A stretch of DNA of 62,616 nt, counting the filler. It is 19 parts of 19 records of this genome, joined end to end, with 100 filler letters (N's around TTAATTAATTAA, not from the genome) between each part and the next. Parts side by side here need not be neighbours in the genome. Positions count along the whole stretch, not along the records: positions 26,047 to 34,236 come from SRR36015646_56185; positions 34,337 to 36,619 come from SRR36015646_56192; positions 36,720 to 42,149 come from SRR36015646_56205; positions 42,250 to 45,175 come from SRR36015646_56951; 15 more parts are not named here. One strand, 5' to 3'. Position 1 is the stretch's first letter. Every line of letters begins with the position of its first letter. Made by a program: the position numbers and the translations under genes. The notes under the pieces were generated by a model that was not told the origin of the DNA, searched no databases, and saw nothing but the letters and a program-made list of their open reading frames with translations. Below are positions 33,549 to 43,329 of the stretch, one piece after another.

Positions 33549-34103
33549 TTTTTCAGTTTGGTTCTTTAAGATCTTAATTTGTTGTTGTTTGTTGAATTAA
33601 TTAACTGATGACAAAACAATTTCAATATTTTGTGATTCAACTATATAATTAAGCTAGTATTTAATTTACAGTTTTAGCTAGGAAACTACCAAGGTATCAA
33701 TTAAAACAATCTCTTAGTTCAAAAATTGTTTAATACTATTATTGTTGAATTTTATTACTCTGTGCTATTATAATTTACACCATTCTTAGTCGACCTTTGA
33801 AGTTTACCGTAACTAAAATTGAAGCTTAACGTAAGATTCACTTTCCACTTTTGGTTTATTTCAAAATTTGATTAATTTAAATTTAAATAGTGTTCACTCT
33901 ACAAGTGTTAACCAAATGAATTATATGTTTCAAATGTTTCTAAAGGACTTGCAGTAATTACAATATTATGATTAATTACTTTTGAATTTCTGCCATATTT
34001 ATCTAATATGTGAGAATATTTATCTTTTCCGTATGATCAAGTTGTAAGTGTGGGGTTCTTGTTGTGTAAAAGAGTTGATGTACTTGTGTGAATTTGCCGC
34101 CAA

Positions 34104-34193
34104 AATTTGCTGTTGTATCGAGAAAAATTTCGATACAGTAGCTATGTGAATTTGCTGTTGTATCGAGAAAAAGTTCGATACAGTAGCTATGTG
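34104..34193. repeat. Two tandem 45-nt units, each containing a hairpin
   Basis: AATTTGCTGTTGTATCGAGAAAAA(T/G)TTCGATACAGTAGCTATGTG occurs twice with one mismatch; each unit has the internal inverted repeat TGTATCGA/TCGATACA. Confidence 0.92.
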
Positions 34194-34337
34194 ATTTTAT
34201 TGGTGTTGTAGTTATGCTAGATGTGTGTGTGTGTGTNNNNNNNNNNNNNNNNNNNNNNNNNNNNNNNNNNNNNNNNNNNNTTAATTAATTAANNNNNNNN
34301 NNNNNNNNNNNNNNNNNNNNNNNNNNNNNNNNNNNNT

Positions 34338-36356
34338 GTGTTGAACTTCTTCCTGCGAGATGATGTATCAGCTCCTTCACCCAACAAAAAGGACACGATC
34401 ACGAAAGGAAAGAACAAAAAGCACAAGCGCTTCCTATTGGAAAGCATGCTAAATCTTCACAAACAGTACAATTCTGAAATGGAGTATACGATAAGTTATT
34501 CCCTGTTCACCAGAATACGCCCATTTTGGGTTGTGAAACCATCATGTGCATCACGCGAAACGGTTTTGTGTAAGCGTCATGCAAATATTTCATTGAAAAT
34601 TAAATCATTGTACAACAACGGCATTTTGAAGTTCAAGGATCTTCACCAACTGCAATGTACTGCAGTGTGCTCGGTCTATGAGTACAAATGTATGCATGGA
34701 ACGTGTCCCCAATGTTCTCACAAGATCCAAAGTATCTACACGAATAGTCAGGTTACGGAAAAGGAAATCATGTATGATATGTGGGTGTCGATAAAGGAAA
34801 AAAGAATAAGCATCAAAACAAACAAGGAAATCGAAGTTACCATCTCCAAAAAAATACAATGCACCACAACATCAAGTAAACTCAAGGACATTTTCCATAA
34901 AGACTTTAAAGATAACCTAAAGCACGAATACAGAATAATACATCAACATAAGGAAATCAAGAAACTAAAAAATGGCTTGCAACAAAATTCTACTGTTTTG
35001 CAAGTAGATTTTTCCGAAAATTACGCGTCCAAATACAGCCAAGAAATTCAAGCGATGCATTACGGTGCAAGCCGTCAACAAATGGCTATACATACATGCC
35101 ATGCGACTTTCTGCGGTGGCAGCACCAAATGTTATGGCACCATCAGTGACAGTATGAGACACACCCCAGCAGCCATATGGGCTCATATGGAGCCGGTATT
35201 ACAGGATATTCGCAGTCATGACATAGACACAATACACTTTGTTAGCGACGGCCCAGTAACCCAATACAGAAATAGACTTAACTCATTACTGCTGTCTGTT
35301 ATTCCATATCAAATGGGATTCAAAAACGTGACTTGGAATTTCATGGAGGCGGGACATGGCAAGGGGCCAGCCGATGGAGTAGGCGCTGTGCTAAAAAATA
35401 AAGCTGACCGCATCGTTGCACAAGGAGGTGACATAACCAATGCTGCTGACATGGTCAACAAACTTGGTGACATTAACATTGACATACATCTCATTGAAGA
35501 GGAAAAAGTCTCTATGTTTCAGGATCACTGTAAATTAATTCAGGAACACACGCCTATCCCTCAACTTAACCGTATCCTGTCCGTACATCAACTCATCGTG
35601 AAAGAACAAGGGATAGTAGACTACTGCCTCCTGACTAAGTTTTCCAACAGCGAAAGACATGAGTTCTACATGAACTGCATTGGATATACACAAAACGCGG
35701 TAGACCTCGTGATCGAAAAGCTATGTGGTGAAACCTTGGTAGATTATGCTTTTTTTGGATTTGATTCGACGAATGCTACTTCGATGGAACAAATATCATG
35801 CAGTACTTCACCAACCAAGCCAATAAATGAACAAAATAGTGATGAAGATTTCATACCATCAACAGTCCTGAGCCCAATCACACAAAGGACACCATCCCAT
35901 CGACAGAAGAATAAACACGTGTCTGTGAATGCACAAATTGATTCCGATAGTGACTCAGAAAACGATCTTCCCTTATCACTCCTACAGAGGAGCTTGACAG
36001 AGAATGAACTACATGCATATCCAATACAGTTAAACGACTTACAAGAACAAAAGTTCTATGCTATATATTACGATTCACCCAGTACCTACTATATTGGAAA
36101 ATTTGTCGCAAAAGTGCCAGATGGAAAGGCTGTTTTTGATTTTCTAAAACTTAAGAAAAATTTGGAATTGTCTTGGCCAGCCTTTAAGGATAGTGATGAT
36201 GTCACACAAGATCAGATTTTGGCAGGACCTGTCACTTTGACAAAAATGTCTTCTGGGTTTCAAATGAGCAAAAGTTTAAGATATAATTTAAATGATTTGT
36301 TTCACAAAATGAAGAATGAGAAATTGGACAAACTACTGATGCCGACAGATCAATAG
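34338..36356 (+). CDS. Sola2-like DDD transposase (5' incomplete)
   Basis: Motifs VDFSENY...EIQAMHY, SDGPVTQYRN and HGKGPADGVG, preceded by a Cys/His cluster (LCKRHAN, CMHGTCPQC). Confidence 0.72.
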   Translation: MLNFFLRDDVSAPSPNKKDTITKGKNKKHKRFLLESMLNLHKQYNSEMEYTISYSLFTRIRPFWVVKPSCASRETVLCKRHANISLKIKSLYNNGILKFKDLHQLQCTAVCSVYEYKCMHGTCPQCSHKIQSIYTNSQVTEKEIMYDMWVSIKEKRISIKTNKEIEVTISKKIQCTTTSSKLKDIFHKDFKDNLKHEYRIIHQHKEIKKLKNGLQQNSTVLQVDFSENYASKYSQEIQAMHYGASRQQMAIHTCHATFCGGSTKCYGTISDSMRHTPAAIWAHMEPVLQDIRSHDIDTIHFVSDGPVTQYRNRLNSLLLSVIPYQMGFKNVTWNFMEAGHGKGPADGVGAVLKNKADRIVAQGGDITNAADMVNKLGDINIDIHLIEEEKVSMFQDHCKLIQEHTPIPQLNRILSVHQLIVKEQGIVDYCLLTKFSNSERHEFYMNCIGYTQNAVDLVIEKLCGETLVDYAFFGFDSTNATSMEQISCSTSPTKPINEQNSDEDFIPSTVLSPITQRTPSHRQKNKHVSVNAQIDSDSDSENDLPLSLLQRSLTENELHAYPIQLNDLQEQKFYAIYYDSPSTYYIGKFVAKVPDGKAVFDFLKLKKNLELSWPAFKDSDDVTQDQILAGPVTLTKMSSGFQMSKSLRYNLNDLFHKMKNEKLDKLLMPTDQ

Positions 36357-37315
36357 AGAGCCGTTGTAAAGACATGTGTTTAGGTTGCCAACTGCAAACT
36401 ACAGTTTTAGTGTTGGTATAGGCCTACCGTTACTTTTCAGAAATAATTCACGCTGATAAATTTTATCTTAGATGCCCAGCATGTCGGCTTATGTAGGACT
36501 ACATGTGTGCATTATTGAATATAGTAAATCGGTACCGGTAGCTTGCCTGCTTTGTAAATAAGTGATATGTTATTCTCTTATTAAACCTTTTTTATTTCTA
36601 TGCCATTTGTTGTTATAGGNNNNNNNNNNNNNNNNNNNNNNNNNNNNNNNNNNNNNNNNNNNNTTAATTAATTAANNNNNNNNNNNNNNNNNNNNNNNNN
36701 NNNNNNNNNNNNNNNNNNNTCTGTTTGCAGCATATATGTCTTGTTACATCATAGCATAACATAGAAACACTTGTGCAGGGTCACATGGTATCTAAGTGGT
36801 GCAGAAGTGGCAGAAGTGCTTAATAATAAAGTTCGATCTACCGTAGTTGGAATATGTGTATTCAGTTTTCAGACGATAATATATGTGCATTTGTGCAAAC
36901 AACTATGTTATTTGTTGCATGTGCTCACTGCTACTAATTATATATTATTCTAGTAGAAGCATTAATGGCAGGTATCACCATCTAGTGGCATAGTTGACTC
37001 ATCTTACATATATGCAAGTGAGTTACCTCCAATACATAGTCATGCTTAATTGTCTTGATATATATAAATTTCACTGTTTCAGTCACAAGCGACAATTTAA
37101 GTCCCCTATATTGGGATCAAGTGTTCTTAATAATGCCACTAATTGTCTATGGAGAATGCAAATGTTAATTAGAACACGACATGGTAATGTCATCTTATAA
37201 CGAAAATATCCACAACATTGCCTCCAAAGCATACCAGATGTGTTTGCCTTGGTATGTCAATTGCTTTTTGTTCGGTCACAAGCAATCATTTATCTCCCTT
37301 AATTATGTCAATTGT

Positions 37316-40300
37316 CTATGCATAATCCATGCACATGCATGAACACAGCGTAGTACATGACAACTTAGCACGGAAACATCCACAACGGCCTGTGGTGCAC
37401 ACTTTCTTGCAGCCACATTTGATGAGCTCGCGACATCCCTTTGATGCTTCTGGTAGCGGGGTCCAATATGGCTCCCATCCATCGTTTGTTTTCGTCCAAC
37501 CCCACGCTGCCGGATCTGGTAGTTTCATTTGTGATCTGATCGATTGCCCCCACACATGGCCACCTTGATAAGTAGCTCTTTTGGCATGCTCAGTGAGAGC
37601 TGCTTTCGTTGGAGGTAGACTGTCGTACTTGAATCTGCCTTTTCTTGTGAAGAGATCTTTCCTAACTTCATTGACGTCTTTGAGTTGGCTGGTTCGGTCG
37701 TAGACAAGAATGACAAATCTCTCTATCAGAGAAGTAGCTTCTGTACTAATGACATCAGTGCCGCTGCACAAGTCTACAAATGCTTCTGTTATCTCTGGGT
37801 ACACACGCCAAACGGCCCACATGGTTTTCTTTCCTTTCCCAGCGAATGCGGACACCGTATCACATCCCGTGAATGCGTGAAACATCGGCAACGATGCAGC
37901 TTTCGGTGAGCCTAGTGCACACGCAATTTCATGGGCTGGTAGATAACAAAATCCCTTGCCTGTGCCAAAGGCCACCCATAACTCTTCGACACCAATTCGC
38001 TCTACATATGCAATCGCTAGAACGAGGATGTCAGTGTCTACGGTCCTGATAAGGCACTTTTTACTGCCTTTGTTTGCAGCATCACTGGCATGAAGAATGA
38101 CTCTCGTGTCCGCCTCCTCATGATTGCATGGACTAATGTAGGCACAGTCTGCATTTGGTTGTGAGCAGAGTACGTCTACTCCATCAGTGGCATACACCTC
38201 GTGTTCTGTTTGTTGTCTGTTTATAACAGCGTGTGTCAAAAAGTCAAACAGCTCTACTTTGTTTTCTGCCACACAGAGAAACTTCATCCAGTTCGTCGGA
38301 ATTTTAGATGTTCCCAAAACTCTCCGTCTGATCCCTGTTCCTCTCTTCTTCCTTGTTGATTCCTTCAGACTGTCCGGTATGTATGCATCCCAAACCACAT
38401 CCACGCGTTGTGCATTCTGTAACTGTCTGTCAATGTATGGCAAAAATATGGCAGAGGCATATTCGTTGAAGGTTGCCGCTGTTCTTGGAGCAAGTAAATG
38501 CACTACTGCGGCACCATCCAAGATTATACAGTCCACTGTAGGTCCATCAGTCTTAGGAGTAATCAGGCTTTGCAGGCATGGAATCAAATCTGACTTGTTG
38601 CTTGCACGCAGCTTCCCATGATCTGAGAGACTTGGTGCGTAGGGATGATTCTCATACATGAAGAAGTCGTCTTGGTTAACTGCTCGTGTTTGGCAGGATA
38701 CATACAGCTGCGACATAAGTTCGCGATCAACTTCTAGGTCAGCTACTTGCAGCTGTGAACGAGATGGATTTTTTTTCTGTGGTCTGCTGAAGAGTGGCAA
38801 TTGCTGTTTCGCTATGGGGTCTGAGATGGGTTTTTCTGCCTTCACTAGCCTCTGCTCTACATAGGCATCGTACGCTTTCACGCCTATTTGTTCTATGTTC
38901 CTGACCGTCTTAACTACGGACTCACTGACTATGTCCTTTGTATCCAGGACTAGAAGATCAGCACTCTCTTCAAGAAAGGGATTCCCCATGTCTTCAATAG
39001 TTGACACTAGAGACATTACCTGCTTGGCAAATGCAGTTTGTACTGCTGGAGTCTGCTCATGGTGACCGGTGTCATCATCTTGAGCAGTGAACGCGGTCTC
39101 AAATTCAATTGTTATCCTTGCTAGCTCAGGTCCTGCAACCATCCAACGTCTGAACGCACTCGGATTTTCTGTGAGGCCTACTGCACCCCCAGATCCCTTC
39201 ACCATCGCATTGTTCTGCTCATGACCTTGATCAATTGCCATTCCAGATGATACACGAGCAGTTTTGTGAATCACAAAGTTACCATTCTGGAATTCAGTGT
39301 GTAAGTCTGGATGAACCTGTGAAAGCGTGTTCAAGTCTCGAATGTGAACAGGTAACCATCGGGCATAGTTGGTTTGATCCAGTGCAAAGAACCACGGAGT
39401 CAGCTTGTTCAGGGTCTCTACGTAGAGGCAAAAATTGCCATCGCGTTCAGCTCTAACGAACAGCAATACCATGAGTTGCAGTTTCAGAGTTAGCCACCAA
39501 TATTGAAAGTGAGGGCATGCCACAACCCGTTGCTCCTCCCAGTCGCCAATTTCAACTTTTGGATCTTCTTCAGGAAGTGAATCGATGTACGCCTGGTACG
39601 CCTTGTGCTTGAGGATGGCAAGGCTAGCAGCTGTGACTTGATGGGCATGTCTCGTCTTTGTGACATGAGCTACTTTAATAAATGAGTCTGCAGTGCCGGG
39701 CGTTGTTACATCTGCTTGAACTAGGGCTGATGTCCAACCGCTGTCTTGCAGCCAAGTACCAAGTGCTCGAAATGCAGCCATTTCAATATGTAGCCCACCA
39801 AACATAATGAGATATTTGTCTTCACCGTGTGTAACTGGCCAGGACATCTGAATCTGCTTTGCCAAGGAATACAGGGGTTGGTCTACAGCCATGACTGCGA
39901 TCTGACCCGGATTGACATAATGTGTTGCATTTCTGATCACATCCATCCCATGCTTGACCATGGCAACTGTGTGCGCACTCTCATAAAAGAGTGGCAACAA
40001 GGAACCCAAGGTGACTGGATGTGGTTCTTGGGACTGTCGGGAAGCATGATACGCAGCCCATGACACATATTCACCTTTTTCAAGTTTGGTCTTGTCTACT
40101 AGACGTCTCACTTGGACAAGCCATTCTTGTTCTTCAAGCATTGCCTCTTGAACGGAAGTTTCAGCTGGCGTAACAGGACCAACAATTGCTACTGGAATAC
40201 ACATTGTTTTTGTGCGTAGTATTGCTGGTGGGACATCTGCATAGGCGTCTGGGAGTGGCACAACCTTTCGCTTGTCATCGTGTGGTGATGCAGGATGGAG

Positions 40301-41884
40301 CAAGGTTATACCTCTGTCAGTTCCAGGTACAGCCTCTGTCGGAAACTGGAAGAGTGATATGCTTGTTCCGTGGAAGGAATCGTGTGCGGTAGCTGATGTT
40401 GGGTTGTGATCGCAGTTATCAAGGGCACCTACTGTGAACAGTCCTAGCTTCATATTGACAGGACAAACGACGCCTTCTGCTTCAAACCTATCACATGTTC
40501 CATTTGCCAGATCAGTGATAACCTGCAAAACACGGTCATAGCACACGCTCATGCCAAGCTGAAACATCATGTCAACCAGTCTCTTCTTGCGTGTTGCAGC
40601 GTGTAGTTTTAGGCCAATATATAGAGGCAGCGGTGTTTCACGATCCGCTTTATGTCTGACCTGTCCAGAGGTAGATGCATGCCTGGAATGTTTTACAGCA
40701 TTGAAAAGGAACATCTGTGATATGGTTAGGGCTGCTTGTAGGTCTGAGCCTTCCTTTGCGGACTGATCCTTTATGCTCGGTCCCTGAAGAACCATGTCAA
40801 CTAATGCCTTCAAAGACTTGGGTATGACATGTTCTTGACACTGTGGTGGAAATGACCCATTGAATAAGGACACATTGTCGAACATGTCTAATCGCACTAT
40901 TTCAGCCGCCTTTGCAATATGGATTGCATCCAGATCATAGTCTCTATGGCGATTCGCTTCCTGTACAAGATTTGCTACATCAGAGTTAAACATGAAAATC
41001 ACACCTTGACCCTGACTACATTTACTCGTATGTGCTGAGAGATCTGGTATTTGTGACAAGATTTTGTCCTTCAATCGTGTTGCATGCACACTGTCCTTAA
41101 CACCCAGTTCCCCCATTCTGTTATTGTACAACTGGACCAGGTTAGCTAACCTGAACGAAGGTCGCTCTTCATCACACCTAGCCTCGTCAATGTATGCAAG
41201 CAGTTCAGCAAACACAATGCCATGAATGTTACCATCGGAGTTACTCTCATGTGATTGTTCCAAAAACTGTGCATGTTGTTTGTACAGAGACGTCAAACAG
41301 TTTGCATGGTATTCTGCTTCAGTAGCTACCATGTCGCCACCAGCTAATTTGGTTAACAATGTAGAGTCGCAAAGATCAGTCGCACATTTTCGCACTTTTC
41401 TGTCCAAAGCAAAGGTTGAAGCCACACGCTTGTATCTATCTGAAGACGAAATACTCTTGTCACAGAAAAAGCATAATTTGTCTGAAAAAACGCTGAAACT
41501 TGCAGATGGATTGCTTGCTGATCTAGTGATTTTAACATCACTTAGTCCGGAATCATTTCCTGACGTACTGCTCTTCACCTTGCGCTTCAATACCCGCTGT
41601 AACTTAGTCCTGTTGTACTGAACCCTGCAGGATTTATGCCAAGAAGCTTCGTGCCGTTTTAATGTCTCAACATCCATATTCACCAGGTCTATGGTAATTG
41701 GTAAGACCTCAGCATTGCGAAACTCCTTCAAACAGTCCACCAATGTTGTGTAACCTTTTCCAGAATCACTTGCTTTGGATTTTGCTGGACATTCCAAATG
41801 TTCCGAAGTATTTGATTGGCAAAATATGCATAGATGCCATTTAATAGACACGTTTGTATCGTCTCTGCTGTCCACCTCAGCCAT
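37316..41884 (-). CDS. Full-length Academ (AcademX-type) protein: transposase + XPG/FEN1-like nuclease + C-terminal Cys-rich zinc finger
   Basis: Transposase motifs LDNCDHNP, VDQPL, GGLHIEM and IDQGHEQNN; nuclease motifs LDG, DVVWD, HEEADT, DTD and TGCD...GKGKK; C-terminal CGCKKVCTTGRCGC...CTTLCSC. The ATG at 41884 (MAEVDS) is preferred over the TTG at 41968. No internal stops. Confidence 0.88.
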   Translation of the reverse strand: MAEVDSRDDTNVSIKWHLCIFCQSNTSEHLECPAKSKASDSGKGYTTLVDCLKEFRNAEVLPITIDLVNMDVETLKRHEASWHKSCRVQYNRTKLQRVLKRKVKSSTSGNDSGLSDVKITRSASNPSASFSVFSDKLCFFCDKSISSSDRYKRVASTFALDRKVRKCATDLCDSTLLTKLAGGDMVATEAEYHANCLTSLYKQHAQFLEQSHESNSDGNIHGIVFAELLAYIDEARCDEERPSFRLANLVQLYNNRMGELGVKDSVHATRLKDKILSQIPDLSAHTSKCSQGQGVIFMFNSDVANLVQEANRHRDYDLDAIHIAKAAEIVRLDMFDNVSLFNGSFPPQCQEHVIPKSLKALVDMVLQGPSIKDQSAKEGSDLQAALTISQMFLFNAVKHSRHASTSGQVRHKADRETPLPLYIGLKLHAATRKKRLVDMMFQLGMSVCYDRVLQVITDLANGTCDRFEAEGVVCPVNMKLGLFTVGALDNCDHNPTSATAHDSFHGTSISLFQFPTEAVPGTDRGITLLHPASPHDDKRKVVPLPDAYADVPPAILRTKTMCIPVAIVGPVTPAETSVQEAMLEEQEWLVQVRRLVDKTKLEKGEYVSWAAYHASRQSQEPHPVTLGSLLPLFYESAHTVAMVKHGMDVIRNATHYVNPGQIAVMAVDQPLYSLAKQIQMSWPVTHGEDKYLIMFGGLHIEMAAFRALGTWLQDSGWTSALVQADVTTPGTADSFIKVAHVTKTRHAHQVTAASLAILKHKAYQAYIDSLPEEDPKVEIGDWEEQRVVACPHFQYWWLTLKLQLMVLLFVRAERDGNFCLYVETLNKLTPWFFALDQTNYARWLPVHIRDLNTLSQVHPDLHTEFQNGNFVIHKTARVSSGMAIDQGHEQNNAMVKGSGGAVGLTENPSAFRRWMVAGPELARITIEFETAFTAQDDDTGHHEQTPAVQTAFAKQVMSLVSTIEDMGNPFLEESADLLVLDTKDIVSESVVKTVRNIEQIGVKAYDAYVEQRLVKAEKPISDPIAKQQLPLFSRPQKKNPSRSQLQVADLEVDRELMSQLYVSCQTRAVNQDDFFMYENHPYAPSLSDHGKLRASNKSDLIPCLQSLITPKTDGPTVDCIILDGAAVVHLLAPRTAATFNEYASAIFLPYIDRQLQNAQRVDVVWDAYIPDSLKESTRKKRGTGIRRRVLGTSKIPTNWMKFLCVAENKVELFDFLTHAVINRQQTEHEVYATDGVDVLCSQPNADCAYISPCNHEEADTRVILHASDAANKGSKKCLIRTVDTDILVLAIAYVERIGVEELWVAFGTGKGFCYLPAHEIACALGSPKAASLPMFHAFTGCDTVSAFAGKGKKTMWAVWRVYPEITEAFVDLCSGTDVISTEATSLIERFVILVYDRTSQLKDVNEVRKDLFTRKGRFKYDSLPPTKAALTEHAKRATYQGGHVWGQSIRSQMKLPDPAAWGWTKTNDGWEPYWTPLPEASKGCRELIKCGCKKVCTTGRCGCFRAKLSCTTLCSCMCMDYA

Positions 41885-42133
41885 GGCTAATGAAAGTACT
41901 ACACGTGTTCCCGCTAAATTGTCCAATATAGCCGTGATAGATTTCTTCACTGGCCCATCTCTATCCAACGCCTTGTGTTCATGCGAACTTCATAGTAGAC
42001 ACAAACCTAAAACATCAATTATAAGATAAATTAGAACTCAATTAGGAAGTGGCACAGATAGTCCAGTGGCTTAGGTCCCAAAATCACAATGTTTGTGCAT
42101 TTATGTTAGTGTATAAGCGAAAAATCCCACCTC

Positions 42134-42149
42134 TGCCACCAGGTGGCGC
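42134..42149 (+). promoter_or_regulatory. CTCF-consensus-like motif
   Basis: TGCCACCAGGTGGCGC fits the CCASYAGRKGGCRS core; an inverted partner TGCCACTAGATGGTGA lies on the minus strand at 36975-36990. Confidence 0.4.
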
Positions 42150-43122
42150 NNNNNNNNNNNNNNNNNNNNNNNNNNNNNNNNNNNNNNNNNNNNTTAATTA
42201 ATTAANNNNNNNNNNNNNNNNNNNNNNNNNNNNNNNNNNNNNNNNNNNNAGAACGGTTTGTCGGATCGCGTTGAAGCTTTCTGTGAACTTTACAATCACA
42301 ATGAGTCCTTCCAGTCTTCAATGTAGTTTGCCGCCGCCTAGTAGCCAGTCCGCCAAATACAATCATGACATACCGGTAGCTACACTTCAGTACCGGTAAT
42401 TAATTCTTTGTAATATCTTTATTATGATTTGCATCGCTTTTTCGAACACTATAAAGGGGTGTCACAAATTTCCGTCGCCCATCCCACTACACCCCTACCG
42501 CAGGCTGTAGGCTAATTGCTAAAATTGACACCTCCTTGACGTTTTACATACATTGCAGTTATATTATAGCTGAAAATAATTAATAGAGAGGTAAATTAAA
42601 TTGATAGTTTATTTAGTTACCGGGTAGCAATATTTTACTGGAGCTAACTCAGCTGCTGCTACGGTATATAAAACAAAATGTTTAGCCGCTATTATAGGCA
42701 ATAGTACCAAACGTGACAAATTACGGCATGCAAATTTGCTACACACCGTAAACAGAAACGGTAGTCGGGCACTAATCACGAAAGTGCTTCTGGTAAATTT
42801 ATATCCTTGTCAATCTTACCACCAAAATTTTTTCCCGCCAACAAACTTTTAAAAATTTGCAATTTATCACCAACCTTGTCAACCAATTAAATTGCCAACC
42901 CTAACCCAGTTAACCCTTCCTGTGTTTTAGTTACTAGAAGGACTACATCGTTGCTATGTGATGGATAGTACTACCACTACAACAACAACAATGGTGAATC
43001 ACAGAACAATACAATTGTGTCGTGTTAGTCGTGTTATCTACGTGTGTTTCGGTTATTTTCATCAGAGAACAATAGGATTGGAGAACATGTGTCGTGTTAT
43101 CTACATTTGTTTCATGCATAGG

Positions 43123-43164
43123 CTTCTCTTAATGTGCGGAGATGTAGAAAGTAATCCTGGACCA
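43123..43164 (+). other. 2A-like (StopGo) ribosome-skipping motif LLLMCGDVESNPGP
   Basis: Exact match to G-D-(V/I)-E-x-N-P-G-P with an upstream leucine tract. Confidence 0.85.
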
Positions 43165-43239
43165 ATCGATTATTTTCAACATAGGATTGCTTGTGGTTGT
43201 TTTTTCCACAGAGTATATTATCAAAATACAGAATCTTGT

Positions 43240-43329
43240 GCATGTCGAAGCAGTAATGCCAAAACTTTTGCATGAAGCGAGAGTAATGCCGAAACCTATG
43301 CATACAGCGAGAGTAATGCTGAGACTATG
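43240..43329 (+). repeat. Three tandem 30-nt units
   Basis: GCATGTCGAAGCAGTAATGCCAAAACTTTT / GCATGAAGCGAGAGTAATGCCGAAACCTAT / GCATACAGCGAGAGTAATGCTGAGACTATG. Confidence 0.85.

Larger units (their letters stand above)
26047..34236 (-). mobile_element. Ty3/Gypsy LTR retrotransposon internal region (LTR boundaries not resolved)
   Basis: gag followed by pol with order PR-RT-RH-IN; about 0.7 kb 5' leader and about 1.85 kb non-coding 3' region. Confidence 0.93.

Noticed and set aside
42897-42917. AACCCTAACCC telomere-like stretch
   Set aside because: Fewer than three units; too short to call interstitial telomeric sequence.
43273-43275. In-frame TGA at a Cys-equivalent position as possible selenocysteine or read-through
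   Set aside because: It sits in a degenerate 30-nt repeat of a deleted element, is followed by A, and no SECIS was recognised; a nonsense mutation is simpler.
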